From contig MEDY01000097.1 in assembly GCA_001724265.1 (NCBI GenBank), forward strand, positions 59,202 through 79,201: a stretch of 20,000 bases of DNA, written 5' to 3'. The position numbers and the translations under genes are program-made. The notes below the pieces were generated by a model. It was not told the origin of the DNA. It saw only the letters and a list, made by a program, of their open reading frames with translations, and ran no database searches. Each line of letters opens with the position of its first letter. Position 1 is the first letter of the stretch. Of this stretch, positions 17,193 through 20,000 are shown in pieces. Source of the stretch: Rhizaria sp. SCN 62-66. Its lineage: Eukaryota.

Positions 17193-19772
17193 ATGTCTTC
17201 CCACGGCGGTGGCTCCTCGGGGGCCTCCCGCGTGAAGAACCGCGCCCCCGCGGAGATCCAGCTGACTGTGGACCACTTGCTTCACGAAGCACAAGAGTTC
17301 CGCCATGAGCCCTTCGAGCCGACCCGCACCAAGATCGCCAACGAAGACGAGCTCGCGGCGTACCGCGGCGGCAAGCGCAAGGAGTTTGAGACGGCGCTGC
17401 ACCACAACCGGCACAACTTTGGCGCGTGGATCAAGTACGCTAAGTGGGAGGCGGACCAGAAGGAGTTTGACCGCGCCCGGTCCGTCTTCGAGCGCGCGCT
17501 CGAGATGGATCCCGCTAACACCGGTGTGTGGCAAAAGTACGCGCTGATGGAGATGCAGCACGGCTTTGTCAACTCGGCGCGCAACATCTGGACGCGTGCC
17601 ACGCAGACCGTCCCGCGCTTCGATCCTTTCTGGTTTAAGTGGCAGGGCATGGAGGAGCGCCTCGGCAACGTTGACGGTGCGCGTGCCGTTCTCGAGGCGT
17701 GGATGCGCTGGCGCCCCGCGCCCGACGCGTGGAACCTCTACGTCAACTTTGAGCTGCGCCATCGCAACCCGGCCGGCGCGCGCCGCGTCTACGAGTCCTA
17801 TCTGGCGTGCCACGACGCGCTCGAGACGTACCTGCGGTACGCGCGCTTCGAGTCCGAGTTCGGCGACCCCGCGCGTGCGCGTGCAGTGTATGACCGTGCA
17901 CGCATCGAGCTCGGCGACGAGGAAGTTCTGGCCGACGCGCGGTACCATCTCGCATACGCCGCGTTTGAGGAGTCCCAGCGCAACTACGACCGCTGCCGCG
18001 CGCTGTACCGTGAGGCGCTGGATGTTCTCCCGCGCGCGTGGACCGAGAAAGTCCTCGCGCGGTACACGGCGTTCGAGAAGCAGCGCGGCGCGACTGCGGG
18101 CATCGAGGACGTCGTGCTGAGCAAGAAACGCCTCGACTACGAGGCCGAGCTGGCCGCGACGCCGATGGCTTATGACGCGTGGTTCGAATACCTCCGTCTC
18201 GAAGAGCACTACGCGGGCATGCAACTCGACGCCGCGGCCGCGATGTACCGTCTGCAGCATCCCGAGGAAGTCGCGCGGTTCGCAGAGGCCGCGCTCGCCG
18301 ACGCGGTGGCAGAGGAGCGCGATGCCGCCGAGGGTCCCGATGCCGCCACCGCCGCTGCGACCTCACAGCAGCAGCAGGCTGACGCGGAGGAGGGCGAGGG
18401 TACCGGCTCGGTGCAGGTGGGCGCGGTCGGCAGTGCGCGTGTGGGCGGCGTGCCCCTCAGCGCGCTGCCCGAGGCCCAGCGCGACGGCATCCACGCGCGC
18501 GTCCGCGAGCTGTACGCGCGCGCGCAGCAGCAGGAGCCGCCGACGCGCACCGACAAGGAGGCGTGGCGCCGCTACGTCTACCTGTGGATCAACCACGCCG
18601 TGTACGAGGAGCTCATCGCGGAGGCGCCCGACCGCGCGCGCGCCGTGTACAAGCAGCTGCTCGCGCGCATCCCGCACGGCGCGTTCACATTCTCCCAGGT
18701 CTGGATCCTGGCCGCGGAGCTCGAGGTGCGCGGCGGCCGTATCGACGCCATGCGCAAGCTCTTGGGCTTTGCCATCGGCCGCTGCCCGCGCCCGCGCGTG
18801 TTTGACGCATACATTGCGCTCGAGTCGGATCTGGGCGAAGTCGCTCGCTGCCGCACGCTGTACCAGAAGTACCTCGAGTGCTTCCCGTTGCGAGCTAGCA
18901 CCTGGGCGCAGTTCGCGCAGCTCGAAGCCGACCTCGCCGAGGCCGTGCGCGCGCGCGACATCTTCGAGATCGCGCTCCAGCAGGGCGCCACTGACGCCTC
19001 TGCCGCCGCCGCGGTCGGCCACACCGGCACCGGTGTCGGTCTCGACGAGCCCGCCGCGCTGTGGACGGCGTACCTGGCTTTCCAGCGCGACCAGGGCGAC
19101 GCGGCCGCCACGCGCGCGCTGTACGCGCGCTACACCGCCGCTGCGGCCGCCGCGGACCGCGTGCTCTCGGCGCGCGGCGGGCCGATCGCGCCGGCGCCGT
19201 CCGTCGCGCGCGCGGGCCAGCTCGTGCTGCTCACGGCCTGGCTCGAGGCCGCCGCGTTCGAGCTCGAGGCCGCGCCGGGCGCCGCTGGGATCGCGGCCGC
19301 GCGCGCTGTGTACGAGCGCGCCGACGCCGTGATGAAGGACCGCGTGCGCGCGGCCGTCACCGCGGCGGGCGGCGGCGGTAGTGGTGCGGCGGGCGGGAGT
19401 CTGCTGGCGGCCAGCGGCGGCGCGGGCGCGAGCGCGAGCGAGGAGCAGATCAACACCATGGTGGCCGCCAAGGAGGACCGCGTGCGGCTGCTGGAGGCGT
19501 GGCGCGCGTTCGAGGCGACGACGGCGGGCGACGCGGCGGCCGCGGCGGCGCTGGCCACGCAGCGCATGCCTGAGCGCGTGAAGCGCACGCGGCGCATCGT
19601 TACCGAGGGCGGCGCAGAGGCCGGTATGCACGAGTACCAGGACTATATCTTCCCCGATTTGTCGGGCGCTGAGGGCGGCGCGAGCGGCGGCGGCAGCAAG
19701 CTGCTGTCGATGGCGCAGAAGTGGAAGAAGATGAAGCTAGCTGCAGAGGAGAGCCGCGCCGCTGCGGAGTGA
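17193..19772 (+). CDS. CRNKL1: Crooked neck-like pre-mRNA splicing factor (Clf1/Syf3, HAT repeats, NineTeen complex), 859 aa
   Basis: Signatures are VKNRAPAEIQLT..LLHEAQE, WIKYAKWE..RARSVFERAL, IEDVVLSKKRLDYE..YDAWFEYLRLEE, WRRYVYLWINHAVYEEL and the C-terminal MPERVKRTRRI..EYQDYIFPD..KLLSMAQKWKK. Confidence 0.97.
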   Translation: MSSHGGGSSGASRVKNRAPAEIQLTVDHLLHEAQEFRHEPFEPTRTKIANEDELAAYRGGKRKEFETALHHNRHNFGAWIKYAKWEADQKEFDRARSVFERALEMDPANTGVWQKYALMEMQHGFVNSARNIWTRATQTVPRFDPFWFKWQGMEERLGNVDGARAVLEAWMRWRPAPDAWNLYVNFELRHRNPAGARRVYESYLACHDALETYLRYARFESEFGDPARARAVYDRARIELGDEEVLADARYHLAYAAFEESQRNYDRCRALYREALDVLPRAWTEKVLARYTAFEKQRGATAGIEDVVLSKKRLDYEAELAATPMAYDAWFEYLRLEEHYAGMQLDAAAAMYRLQHPEEVARFAEAALADAVAEERDAAEGPDAATAAATSQQQQADAEEGEGTGSVQVGAVGSARVGGVPLSALPEAQRDGIHARVRELYARAQQQEPPTRTDKEAWRRYVYLWINHAVYEELIAEAPDRARAVYKQLLARIPHGAFTFSQVWILAAELEVRGGRIDAMRKLLGFAIGRCPRPRVFDAYIALESDLGEVARCRTLYQKYLECFPLRASTWAQFAQLEADLAEAVRARDIFEIALQQGATDASAAAAVGHTGTGVGLDEPAALWTAYLAFQRDQGDAAATRALYARYTAAAAAADRVLSARGGPIAPAPSVARAGQLVLLTAWLEAAAFELEAAPGAAGIAAARAVYERADAVMKDRVRAAVTAAGGGGSGAAGGSLLAASGGAGASASEEQINTMVAAKEDRVRLLEAWRAFEATTAGDAAAAAALATQRMPERVKRTRRIVTEGGAEAGMHEYQDYIFPDLSGAEGGASGGGSKLLSMAQKWKKMKLAAEESRAAAE

Positions 19773-20000
19773 GCGCATGTGTTATCACGCAACTCAACAA
19801 ACGGCGTGTGCTTGTGCTATACTGCGTTACTGTGAAGTGATGTGTGAGTGTTTGACTGATAGATCAGCAGGCCAAATGCTGCCATAACGTTAATATTCTA
19901 TATAATAACCCCTATGTAGCGTCAACTAAAAAACGCCAAAAACGCAGTTTTCGGCAGGTAACTTCCACAATAGAAATCTCTGTGAAATAATCGTCAAAGC

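Noticed and set aside
1814-19772. No gene ends in TAG (3 TAA, 4 TGA), suggesting possible codon reassignment
   Set aside because: Seven genes are too few, and no in-frame TAG occurs within conserved domains.
19950-20000. CAG|GTAACT donor-like site near the window end
   Set aside because: There is no downstream context, so it cannot be tied to a gene.
1-20000. Prokaryotic systems (operons, CRISPR, IS elements, defence islands), tRNA/rRNA genes, or a functional gene cluster
   Set aside because: The genes are eukaryote-specific with spliceosomal introns. I saw no repeat-spacer arrays, transposases or structured RNA genes, and the neighbouring genes have unrelated functions.

Overview
Eukaryotic nuclear DNA, not prokaryotic. 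It has GC-rich, nearly intron-free coding regions separated by short AT-rich spacers, uses the standard genetic code, and has genes on both strands. Two axonemal genes indicate a flagellated organism, probably a protist; I cannot name the taxon. There are seven protein genes: a 5'-truncated MFS transporter (+), an FHA-parvulin prolyl isomerase (-), a GRK-type kinase with large low-complexity inserts and a CaaX tail (-), a CFAP97/KIAA1430-domain protein with a C-terminal C2-like domain and one intron (+), DCAF13/Sof1 (+), DRC3/LRRC48 (-) and CRNKL1/Clf1 (+). Main points of interest: (1) all six visible gene starts are preceded by a polypyrimidine/YAG splice-acceptor-like site, most with a branch-point-like motif and mostly without a convincing donor, which suggests spliced-leader trans-splicing or universal 5'UTR introns; (2) the kinase start codon appears to be split by an intron (AT^G); (3) about 470 aa are inserted inside the kinase domain; (4) there are unusual domain fusions. 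Family assignments come from recalled motifs, not database searches.
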